Of a stretch of 64,000 nt of DNA, positions 13,001 through 24,547 are shown piece after piece. Numbering within the stretch: position 1 is the first letter of the stretch; each line of letters opens with the position of its first letter. The position numbers and the translations under genes were made by a program. This DNA is from Azolla caroliniana (Eukaryota; Plantae; Polypodiophyta): positions 10,788,001 through 10,852,000 of the forward strand of contig JBHGNT010000020.1 in assembly GCA_043228905.1 (NCBI GenBank), in the 5' to 3' direction. The notes below the pieces were generated by a model. The model searched no databases, was not told the origin of the DNA, and was given only the letters and a program-made list of their open reading frames with translations.

Positions 13001-16000
13001 AGCAAGGATGCCCACTATCCCCCACACTCTTCGGTCTCTATATAGATGAGGTATCACAATACATAGAGAGATTTGGTGGTTCCGGAGCACACCTAGCAGG
13101 TATAGCTATACAGATATTACTATATGTTGATGATATTGTGCTGATTTCTGACCCTCCGGAGGGACTACAAAGACATCTAAATGCCTTAAAACTATTTTGT
13201 ACGGACAAAGGTTTGTCAATCAACATGAATAAAACTAAAGTGATGGTGTTTGGGTAACAAGATCAGAACCAGAATTCTTCTTGGGAGAGGAAAAGGTGGA
13301 ATACAGACGCTCCTACACATACCTAGGAGTAACATTTACAGGACCTAGGTTCTCCTTACAGGAGGCCACTTGTGCCCGACTTTCTTGTGGATATGCAGCC
13401 CTTGGTGCTCTCGAGAGACAATGTGCATATTTGCAGTTCCAAGAGCCACGGACTAAGCTATGGTAATTTGATACACTTGTCACACCAACTCTTCTCTATG
13501 GAGTAGAGAAATGGGGACCGAGTCTTAACAAGGCAAATCATTGGAAAGATTTAGAGAGACCTTTAGTGTCAATGATTGCTCGCATGATAAGGAGCAAAGC
13601 ATCGGTGCCCCACGATATAATCCGGGCAGAGATGGGAGCAACACCTATAATAACCGAGGCATTGTTCCGATCAGTGACATTTATCCAACATCTTTGGGAG
13701 CTCCCTAAACGAAGGTACCCAAGGTTGGCACTTATGTCATCAAGACAACTGGCTGAAAATGGAGACACTCATTATTGGTATGCTAAAATGCAGCAATGGT
13801 TCGAGTCACATGGCATGAGCATAAATGCACTACCCCCGTTCCAATATAGCTTGGACTGTCCCCATCTCAATATGACCAAAGTGGAAAAGAATAGAGTGAT
13901 CCGAACTGATATTATTAACTTAGAAAACAAGGTAACATGGATCAGCCCCAAAATACCACTTGGGACAAAGATGGCCCACTATAAGACACACTTCTTACAT
14001 ACATCGGAGGATGGATTTGTCATCAGGCCACCTTATATGGACATACATCTATCCTATGCGCTACGTAGTGTGATAGGGCAGCTGCGAACTTCATCACATC
14101 AGCTACAGATTGAGGTGGGCAGATATACACGACTACCTCTAGAAAAGAGAATTTGCCAATTGTGTCATCAAGGAGTGGAATCTAAAGAACACTATATTTG
14201 TCATTGTAGTGTCTTTTATGAAATCAGAGGGAGATACCATTGCATCTTTAAACAAGGCTTTGGCCCACTACGCAAGGTAATGGAATATGAGGACCAACGA
14301 TGCCTAGGACTTTTCTTGCTCGAGCTCAAGAGACATCGGGAAAAGTTGTTGAAGAATACAACCACACAAGCTCATCCACAAAGAACAATCACAACTTTCT
14401 TTAGCTCCATCACTCCTAATGCTAGAAGTCAACCCCAGGATACAGAAATGGGATCCAGACCAGGATATAACAAAGGGGTTACGATTGATCGGGCAATGGC
14501 AATTTGCCGTGCACGTAGGCCCCGGCCCCATGGAGCACGACCTCGACACCCTTGTCATCGACAGATAAAAGCCATTATCTCCTGCCATTGTAGGTGCTTC
14601 CCTCGCTTCGGAGACATTTCCATTCTGGATCGACCTATGATAGAGATCTTTCGAAGACAAAAGCTACAATATACCTAACTTGAGAATCTCACATGTGCCA
14701 AAACCAGATTCTCTGGTCTCTTTTCTTTTCATCTTATTTACTTTTATATTTACTGTGTAATATTTACTTTATTTTGATTTGTTCTCAAAGATGAGAAAAC
14801 ACTTAAGATGTAATCTCTTATTTGGTCTTATAGGCCATTTTGGCCTCTTAAAAGACGTTAATATCTCTCTCTCTCTCTCTCTCTCTAACATGTATTGATG
14901 TGTTGCACCAAGTTTGTAAAAGAATAATGTGTTGAAGATGTTGTCATCGAGAATGTTGTGATTATGCTTTTGCTATATGCAAATGATGTAGTGCTTTTTG
15001 CGAAAACTTTTGGAGATGCACAAAAGCTTATGAAGGCATTAGAAAAAAATTGCATGCATACTAAATTAAGTGTCAATAGCTCTAAAAATAAGATTATGCT
15101 TGTGAAGAACCAAAAAAGAGATAAACCATACATTATATACAATAATGAGCCACTTGAATGTGTGGAAAGCTTCAAATATCTTGGCCTTGAAATTCCTTCA
15201 AATCATAGATGGAATGAATGTGCTACACACCGCTTAGAGGCAGGCAAACGAGCATACTATGCATTTGAGAACACATGCAATCTTGGAGATATTAAGTGTT
15301 GGGTCCTCAAGAAATATCTTTTCGACACTTTGGTGACACCGGTTCTTCTCTATGGGGTGGAAGTATGGGGCGGTAGCGTCCTTAAATCTACGTGGAAAGA
15401 GTTTAAAAATGTTCAAAAACATTTTCTTACAAAGTTTCTACAAGTTGAGAAACAAACACCCTACACCCTCCTCCTCCTTGAGATAGGATCGCTTCCCATT
15501 GAGATCATGACCATGGAAAGGGTTGTTGAATATACACTTAAGGTTCAAAAAAGTCCCTCACATCGACTTCCAAGAATTGCATGGGAAGCAAGCAAAAAGA
15601 TCCAAAAGACGCATAAAAGCAAAATTTTGTGTTCCGGTTGGATGCAAGATATAGAAAAATGGTTTGGTAGATGGGATGCGAGACACATTGTTTCATGATG
15701 CATCACTAGATTCCTCAGTAAATGGGGCCTTTTTGCAACACCAATGTATCCTGACATGGGACAAATGTGGAGGCTCACACTTCACACATTATACTACACA
15801 TCTTGCACCTGAATACAAAACCATATTCTTCGTGGAATGGGGAAACCGTACACATCAATACATGTTAGAGCCCATCCTGTTATTTGCAATTCGAACCATT
15901 GCTTCCATACTACTTAGCTCACATGCATTGCGATGTGAGACGAGGCGTTGGGGCACAAGTGATGAGAGTGACCAGCTATGCACACTTTGCCCTAAACAAG

Positions 16001-19000
16001 TTCGAGAGTCTAAGTATCACACTTTGATACAATGCTCTACCTTTGATCATATTCGACCATGCTTTCCACACATCTTCAACTGAGCCCAATACTTGCACGA
16101 ATTTCTCTCACAACCACAATGTGCACTCTCAATTGCAACATTCATTGGTAAAGTTCTTGAACATCGAGGGCCGCTACTCACTTTCACACATATCACGTGA
16201 TATGTAATATTTTTGGTCTCATAGGTCATATTTGACCTCGGAAGACGATAATATAATCTATCTATCTAGCTATCTCTCAGCCAAGTTAGACCGTTAGTGC
16301 CACCATGCACACTTGCAAGAGCCTCATACCAAAATTGGTTACTTGACGCCATTATCACCCCTATCCTCATGTACGGTGAATCCATATGGGCTCCAAAACT
16401 CCTATGTACATGTGCACACAAATAGGGCATCAACTAGTCATGATGTTGTCATGGATGATACATAGCCAAGCATTCACCTCACAACATGCCAAGGAGACAC
16501 CATAGAGCAAGCAAAGGAGCGTTGATGACAATGGAGACGGTGAGTACCAGGATGTAGAGCACATGAACCATACCTTCGCCAACTCATGAAGATAATTGCT
16601 CACCATGTCCAATGCACACATGCCCTCATTAAAGTTTGTCATAGCATCATGTCACCGCAATCCAATCACCGCTAATTTCATACATAATATGTATGCACTT
16701 CATGCTTGTAAACCATATCAAAAATCATTCCACCACATGCATTTGGCTCACGAAAAAGAAGCTTTAGGAAACCTAATGCCTTTATTTATGGATAACACAA
16801 GCTCATCCATATTTGTAATCATGATTTGTCTAATAGGCTGATTTTGGCCTCTAGTAGACATTTATCTCTCTCTCCCTCTCTCAACATCCTATCCTATCAT
16901 GTTATTAGAAACAAGTGATCTACCCTTAGAGGTACTAACCATGCAAAGAGAGTGCAAATATATAACAAAAAGTAAAGAATATGTCTGATAATAGATTGCC
17001 CAAACAAGGATCATAGGATGCAAGGTACAAAAAACTAATAAGAGCAAGATCCTCTCATCTAGCTAGGTGCTTGGCATTATCGAAAGGTTTAAGAGATGGT
17101 GAGTAAAATATCTATTGGAGCTCTCAGGCAATGCTATGAAGTATGTGATCATTGAGGATAGATTACTAGAAGCATTAAGGATGAAGTGCCAAAATGATAA
17201 AATGTCAATATTGCAAATATTAACCCCCAATATTGGTTTCAATACAAGGAAAAAAATCAAAACGTGTCCAATCGCATCTCAATACCCCCATGAGCCTTGG
17301 ATCTCGAAGAGCGTTAACACTTCTTCGAGCTCACTCAGAAAAGTTAGGTCTTGAGATAGCATCATCTCATCACCACGCAAACATGAAGATATGCAATGAA
17401 AACCTAGTGAAAGATGAATATCACTTACTTACCGCATGCTCAGCGTGTATAAGGTAATCCATGAGAAATATGATAATATGATAAGTTGTTCGAAGAGCAT
17501 GATAAGGCAGTGTCATACGCATATTTCCACTGAGAAGGGTGAGCACATATGTGCGTGCATTTTTTTCACATTGAAAGTTTTTACTACATAATAGTAACCC
17601 CCTTCTTAGGAAGGAGTCACATACAAGATGATAGCTTGATTTGGTCCCATAATTTGGCCTAATCATGTAGAATAATTATCTATTCTATTCTCTCTCACAC
17701 ACAAAAGCCTCTCTCTCAAAGGGTTCCAGTCATGCAGCAACTAAAAGCATGTGTAGACCCAATAGATAGGCAATGGGAGATCTCTACACTAGATGAATAA
17801 GTGTTAGGGAAAGTTTGCAGCCTTATTGGGTTGTCCAAAGTTGTGGGTAGTGTGAATGGAGTAAAACAGTAATGCCCACTATCACCTACTCTCTTTCGTC
17901 TTTATATAGATAAGGTATATAATCAAATAGAGAGATTGGGTGATTCTCAGCCATGCTTGGCAGGGGTTGCCATACGGATATTACTATATGTGGAAGACAT
18001 TGTGTTGATCTCCAACTCTCCGGAGGACCTGCAAATACATCTAAATGCATTAAAGTCATTTTTGTACAGAGAAGGATTTGAATGTCAACTTGACAAAATT
18101 AGAGTGATGGTGTTTAACACCACTCAAGCATGGGTAACAAGATCAAAACCAGATTTCTTCTTGAGAGAGGAACCGTTGGCATGCACACAACCCTACTTAT
18201 GTCTAGGAGTAACATTCACAAGGCCTTGTTTCTCCTTATAGGAAGCTGCAAGTGCTAGACTTTTCTCGTGGCTATGCAGCCCTTGGTACCCTTGAGAGAC
18301 ACAATGCACATATCTCATTTGGTTGGTACACCTGTAAACCATCTCTTCCCTGAAGAGTATAAATTTGGGAACCAAGCATTTACTGACCATAAGAGGATAG
18401 ATTTAGAGAGACCTTTAATATTGATGATTGCCCATATGATAAAGTGACTAAGGCATTATTCTAATCAATGACTAGTATCCAACAGATTTGGTTACTCCCT
18501 AAGCAAAAGAATTCGAAGTTGGCACTAAGGTCATCAAAGCAATAGCTGAAAATGGAGATCGTCATTGTTGGTATGCTGAAATGCAAGAATGGTTCCAATT
18601 GTTGTTGTAGAGTTTGTGATTGGTGCATCGAACCATTAGGGTTATGAACAAGGAGAGTTCGTAAAAGAAAGGGAGAGAGACGAGTATAACCAAGGGATAG
18701 AGATAGTGTAGGATTAAAGACGCAGAATTGAGACAGTATATGATAACAAATATGTTACTTTCCTGATGAGCTAGCTTGATCAATTGATTGTATGTATTTC
18801 CATTGATGTCTAGATGCTTCCATTCCTTCTCCAAAAATAGGTGTTTGAATAAGAGTGCATGTGGTGTGCAATCGCTACTTGGCGCACATGTGTTAACGTG
18901 TGATACATGATAGCCATGTTGCTCATCTGAGTTAGCATGTATGCAATACTACATAAGACATAGTTACAATGATGAAAATATAGACTTGTCGAAATACTTA

Positions 19001-20249
19001 TCCTAATGGTTCACATTATTAGAGCAGAGTTCACTTTACCCCCGATGTTAGTAGAAGCACTTTTCCAAATTGTAGTTTTTCTTCGTAGGATACATAGGCC
19101 AGCACAAGATAGGATATCTAGTCAAGTTTTTGCAGCATCTCAATCACTCTATGAGTTCGGAGATACTAGCTCTTGGTATAGCATTGTGGTGAGTTGGCTT
19201 CTTGCAAACGGCCTAGACTTTAATAACCTACATCCCCTTAGGTAGAACTAGGAGACTGATAAAACTTTAATCTTTCACGAGGACCATAATAAAGCAATAC
19301 GCCAAGAAATATGGCAAATCTACACTTGATATAAACAGATCAACCCACTAGTCTAAGCCACTCCCATCTAAAATGTTGAACTATAAGGAACACTTCATGC
19401 ACTTCTCTAAGTTAGGTTTTATTACACAACCAAAATATCTCGATACTTTCTTACCGAATGCACTAAGGGTTACCATTGGACAACTTAGAATATCATCTCA
19501 CCAACTTGAGATTGAGAATGGTCATACTAATGGAGTCCCTAGAGAGGAACGGATATGTAGATTATGTCACATAGAGATAGAGGATGAGTACCACTTTACA
19601 TGCAAGTGTCCAACTTACGCCGAGATAAGAGCAAAATACCAAGACATACTCAGACCCTCTCCCACCCTATCCAAACTATTAGATACTCTCGATATAAAGA
19701 AATTAGGTAGATATATCTTAGAGCTAAAACAACATAGAGAGAATAAGCTACAAAATGTTAACAATAACCTTTCTAATATTCACCAACATGTAACCAATGA
19801 AATTTCTCAGAGACAAGGGGAGACGATGAATGTGGACACACCTACACCACTCAACCTCTCCCTATCTGAAGTAGAAAACCAAAGAACAACCAAACGTCCT
19901 CAGATGTCAAGCTTCAAAGCAACTCGACTTGGTGAGGAAGCAATGAAGAAGATAAGGGAACGTGAGTTACACCGCCTAGAAGCTATGGTTGGGTACGAGC
20001 CACACCCACATCGAAACCCTTTAACTCCCGCTTCTTTTCACAAGACTTGGATGGAAATGAAACTAGGCCTAGTACAAAGACGTTTTTCCTTTATAGAATA
20101 TGTTACACCATAACATGTTTTGTACAATACTAGAGCTTTTTTAGCTTAAGTTCTATTTATTTATTTATTTTTAATGATTGGGTAAACACCCCATTTTGTT
20201 GTAAACCAATTGTCTCATGGGACAATTTTGGTCTTAGAAGATGTTAATA

Positions 20250-20303
<54 letters not shown>

Positions 20304-23043
20304 TTCTTCATACTACAACTTAATCAAGGATCACACAGGTGGCTTACCAACCAAGGCACTCTAAAGAGGTTACAATAGATCAAGCAAGAGCAATGTGTTT
20401 TGCACGAATGCCATGACCATTTGGACCACATTCTCATCATCCTTATCCGATAAAGGTCAATCATAACTTGACACCAAAGGTGCTTCCCTCACTTTAGAGA
20501 TCTCTACATCTTGGAGCAGCACAGATTATTTGAAGACAAATTTTACTCCATCTAAGTTGAGATTCTTAAGTTCTTATATATATGTAGATAGATAAATAGA
20601 TAGATTCTTTAGTACCATGTGTTGAGTTATATTGAATTTGCTTTTGTTGTTCTCAAAGACAAGAAAACATTGTCAGATGTAATTGCTTGTTTAGTCTTAT
20701 TGACCATTTTGGCCTCGTAAAATATGTTAATCTTTGTTTCTCCCTCTCTCTCCCCCCACTATTGAGGATGTATGTGTAGGGCTTAAGAAATTGGTCATTT
20801 GCAAAACGAGAGATATTCAAGGTATCAAGGACAAAATGCTTAAATGGATAGGAAAGGAAGCACATGCTTAGATAAGTGATGTGTTTAATCATGCATTGTA
20901 ACATTACATGCCCCACAATTGGAGCACAAAGTGAACCAAACCTTCATATTTAAGGGAATGTCATTGACCAACACCCATAGACATTCTTACGCTCATCACG
21001 TAATATTGGTTCATGGGGAAAGGTGATGATTTCAAATGTTGGCACATGCCTACGTGGGAGTAACCTACTCATTTTTGTTCTTGATGAGAAAGGTGGGTAA
21101 GTGCACGTTTATTGCAATAGATGGGCCTCTCTCTCCTCTCACTCACTATAAAAGGGGAGGGGGAAAGACAAAAAGGTCAATCATTTTTGGGCTTTGTGAG
21201 TTTTGGGAGCTTATTATTTTGGGGCTTTAATGAGGAGCTTCTTCTTCCTCCCCTTGGGATTTAGGGTATGGGTATTTTTCCCTCTATCATCCTATAAATA
21301 GGGCAAGTTGAAGTAACGGACTCTTATACCGAACTGGGAATCACATTAATGATCATGATTGGGCACTTCTTTATGACACGGCATGTCAAGAATCAAATCA
21401 CTCAAGGCTATGCAACTCTAGTCATGGTAGAAAAACAATGCCACTATGCACACTTCTAGACTTATGGTTATTCAGCGCCATTGTCACTCTTGCCCTCATT
21501 TATTGTATAACCATATGGGTTGAATGCCTCACATTTGTAGGCATGGACACAACTAGATCATCCATTGTGATGATATCATTACACGTGATATATAGCAAAG
21601 CCCCCACCCCACACAAGATCATCTGAGCCTAATTGAAAGCATCCAAAATAGTGAATCTCATCGATCAAATCCAAACCGTGCTACCTCAAAAAATTACAAC
21701 ATAAGGCAATTGAGGCATACAAGGAAATGGCAACAACCAAAACACAAAGAAGGATCATGGCATTCATAGGTAATGAAGTGGTTCAACAACAATGGCCTCG
21801 ACGTCGAGAAGTTGCCACCCTTTCAAGACCAAACCTCTTCAAAATGATGAATAGAACAAGGTAATGTAGCAAGACATATCGCAACTCTATACTCAAAAGG
21901 CTTGGATCACACCAAGGGATCCTCTTTCCCCAAGAGTTTTCCTACTAAAAAGATCATTTCTTTATCTCCTTAATTGATGGATCCATATAGAGACCAAGGT
22001 ACATTGATGCCTACATGCCCCATAGTGCTCACAAAGCAATAGGCCAATTCAGACTTTGCTTCCACCAGCTAGGAAAGGCCAAAATATATTATAAATTACG
22101 TGAAGGAGAGGTTGAGAGCGAGGAACACTTTCGGCATAGGTTGTCCAAAGCTTGCTCGATCTCCAAAAACACAGGGTATTGACCTTTATTTGGCACGCAC
22201 AACGCAACAGCAATCACACATTGTTGATTTCTTCCCTAGGAACACACTTCCATTCAGGAATCATCACAGAGCAAGCAGAGGAAAGCTAATAACAATGAAG
22301 ACCACATGTACCAAGATATATCACCAGATCATGGACATTATTCCTTGCAATGTCCAATCTGCATGAGGACACCCATATGCATTTGGTGAACTTCATCATA
22401 GCCTTGCCCTGCTGCACCAACAAACCCTGGATATGCACTTCATGCTTGTAAACCATCTCCAGAATATTTCCACCACATGCATTACGATCATTATCATGGA
22501 TACTTAGAAGAACTTAAAGCTCTTATTTTCCTAATATGGATAACATGAATTCACCTATTTGTGTAATCATGATTGGTCTCATAAACTGAGTTCGGCCTCT
22601 AGAAAACATTAATATACCTTTCTTTCTCACTCTCACACCTCTCCCTCTCCCTCCAATGACTAATATATACATCATTAAGGGTAGAAAGAAGTTTTACCTA
22701 TTATTTTATCTTTCCTTGAGCAGAATTTGCAAAACCATTTGCCTTTGGGCACCTTGATGAGGATGGGACATAGACAATACATATGGAAACCTTCATCACA
22801 CTCATCACATATGAGCATTTCCGAGTCTCCATCGCCTTTTTTACATATCTTGCAGAGTAAATCATCGTAGTGGATCTTTGTTAAAGAAGCACCTTTAAAC
22901 TTCTGAAGTTTTCTAGTGGGCTCAGGAATTGGTCCATTTTTGTATATATCTTCAAGTGTTCTTTTCCTGTCCTTGTTGTTGCTGCTGCTGTTGTTGTTGT
23001 GGTTGTTGAGATGTTCATCAATATCATCACTTAACATCACCAT
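1067..23043 (-). CDS. ATXR6: ATXR5/ATXR6-like histone H3K27 monomethyltransferase (PHD + PIP box + SET), 6 exons
   Basis: Exons with GT-AG borders and consistent phase: 23043-22698 (PHD, CKIC...CDECDEGFHMYCLCPILIKVPKGKWFCKFC), 8319-8251 (PIP box QTKIIDFF), 7898-7666 (LQMASLATAL...ERGGMQ), 2320-2220 (GECPPLMVNYDPREG), 2143-1931 (FVVEAD...AEYTGDVDY...NIARFISGINNH), 1226-1067 (QNLRCVRY...GERLYYDYNAYHKEYPTQHFV*). The start codon is tentative and ATXR5 versus ATXR6 cannot be resolved. Confidence 0.92.
3765..3850 (-). mobile_element. Degenerate tRNA-derived SINE-like sequence
   Basis: Minus strand has TGGCTTGGTGG (A-box-like) and AGTTCGATCCTCACC (B-box-like), with an (ATCT)n tract nearby at 3717-3737. 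Confidence 0.4.
4297..5808 (-). mobile_element. 5'-truncated RTE/RTEX-type LINE, family A (3' 1.5 kb)
   Basis: ORF 4741-5745 has FDTLVTPTLLYGVETWG, QLRTSSHQLQIEVGR and a CxxC...H...C finger. Near-identical to 13370-14885. Ends in a 3' stem-loop and (CTTT) tail. Confidence 0.9.
5810..7478 (-). mobile_element. RTE-like LINE fragments: short family B 3' end (5810-5895) and family C (5900-7478)
   Basis: Minus-strand RT motif GVKQGCPLSPTLFGL (7127-7453) and LLYGLEVWG (6699-6905). 3' hairpin ends at about 5830 and 5920. Confidence 0.85.
8770..10570 (+). mobile_element. Two tandem 5'-truncated RTE-like LINEs, family B
   Basis: VESFKYLG and RLSSHALRCET...CTLC motifs. The same 3' end GGTCTCATAGGTCATATTTGACCTCCGAAGACGATAAT occurs at about 9995 and 10512. 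(ATCT)n tail. Confidence 0.9.
10572..14885 (+). mobile_element. Near full-length RTE/RTEX-type LINE, family A (short ORF1 remnant; ORF2 with APE endonuclease, RT and C-terminal Zn finger), disrupted
   Basis: APE motifs TIWNCNG, GGVAMLY, LLGDFNART, STVDYL and ADH. RT motifs NYRTIM, FVDFRKAFDTV, GVKQGCPLSP, LLYVDD and YTYLG. Frameshifts or stops near 12715, 12905, 12947, 13255 and 13464. (CT)n tail at 14864-14886. Confidence 0.93.
14886..16270 (+). mobile_element. 5'-truncated RTE-like LINE, family B
   Basis: LLYANDVVL and FKYLG...LLYGVEVWG (ORF 14958-15698). Family B 3' end with ATCT tail. Confidence 0.9.
16275..18600 (+). mobile_element. Older RTE-like LINE fragments in tandem (about 16275-16880, 16880-17700, 17700-18600)
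   Basis: Degenerate RT motifs (ILLYVEDIVLIS, DEYHLL). 3' hairpins followed by CT-rich tails at about 16835 and 17650. Confidence 0.7.
18960..20300 (+). mobile_element. RTE-like LINE 3' fragment with (CTTT)n tail
   Basis: ORF 19373-20113 has QLRISSHQLEIENG...CRLCHIEIEDEYHFTCKC. (CTTT)n at 20253-20304. Confidence 0.85.
20305..22645 (+). mobile_element. Further degenerate RTE-like LINE fragments
   Basis: Family A-like 3' sequence at 20330-20750 and an RT remnant at about 20800-21010. A fragment ends at about 22575-22630 with the shared hairpin and a CT tail, similar to 16600-16870. Confidence 0.6.
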
Positions 23044-24189
23044 CAGTGAAGTTATTCATGAAATTCTTGGAATTGGCTTAGAAATTGAATGGCTCTGTAA
23101 TGCTACAAAACCTAATATAAACCATGGAGAAATGGAGAACCCATTTCAAGCTACCATGAGCAGTAGAGAACCCATGTCTAAGATTCTTCTTAAGGATACG
23201 AGAGAGACCCTTAAATTCCAATGACCTACTCCAATATTCGAACTGAATAGAAAGGAGAGCTCGAGTATGTAGAGCATCAAATTTGTGAAGAATTGTGAAG
23301 AAGAAGAGGTACTAATGCTCTCTATTAACGTCTCTAAAGAGACCATTGTGGCCTATGAGAGACCAAAACAATATATATGTATATTGGGACATCTTGTAAG
23401 TTCTTTTGATGAAGAAATGAAGATGAACTAACCCTAAACTTGAGATAAAAAGGTGATATTGTGGTCATGCCAACATGATTCATCCCAGTGGATCATGAGA
23501 CACTTCCTTTCAATTGTTTATGCTGGAGGAGGAGTCTCATCGGAACTAACGTACTCAATGCTTCCCTATGGCACCTCCTACCGGTTTGTGGTGATGATAC
23601 ATCATTTTTCTCCTAGGAACTCTTAGGTCTCTCTAAACTCTAGGTTCTTTGTATCTCTCCAACGTGATTCATCGTTTAGCTAACCTCACTTGCCTCTAAT
23701 ATATTCGATTTGGGCCCAAGACATGTGTGAGGCATCTGATACGTGGAACATGCTTGTTAAGGATTAACCTATCTTTCAATATGATTTAACTTCACCTTTC
23801 AGGTTCCATGAGGTAGAAGCTTGTGTCATTCGAAGGTGTGCTACACTGAGTGCATGTCTTAATCTTAGTAGGAGTTTTCCCCCCTTGTTAAGGTCGTGTT
23901 GCTTGAGCGAGTATTAGCCTATTGTTAGCAACACTGTTTGGAATGGTTAACAATCATTTATATGCCTTCTCACATTTATAATAACATCTTGAGATGAATC
24001 TCCCAACTATCTCACCACAAACACATGGTTAACAAACAATGTATGCTTTTGGTTAGCAGCAAGGTGTGAACCTTTGTGTTTGCTTCAATTGTTATTGCAT
24101 CCACGATGTTTGGAGACTTGGAGAACTAGATAGATAGTCCTCAAGCAACAGAAATAGAAGGAAATATGTTGTGTGTGTGAGAGAGAGAA

Positions 24190-24547
24190 AGGTAGGTAGA
24201 TAGATTCTATTATCATATTTGGAGGTCAAATATGACCTATGAGACCAAAAATATTACATTTCACCTAATACATGTGAAAGTGAGTAGTGACTCTCGATGT
24301 TCAAGAACTTTATCAATGAATGTTGCAATCGAGAGTGCACATTGTGGTTGTGCAAGGAATTTGTGCAATGATTGGGTTTAGTCGAAGATGTGTGGAAAGC
24401 ATGGTCAAATATTATCAAAGGTAGAGCATTGTATGAAAGTGTGATATCGAAACTCTCGAACTTGTTTAGGGTTGAGTGTGCTTAGTGGACCACTCTCATC
24501 ACTTGTGCCCCAACATCTTGTCTCACATTGCAATGCATGTCAGCTAA
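24190..24547 (-). mobile_element. RTE-like family B 3' fragment
   Basis: Reverse complement of the 10210-10560 region, including the GGTCTCATAGGTCATATTTGACCTCC end. Confidence 0.85.
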
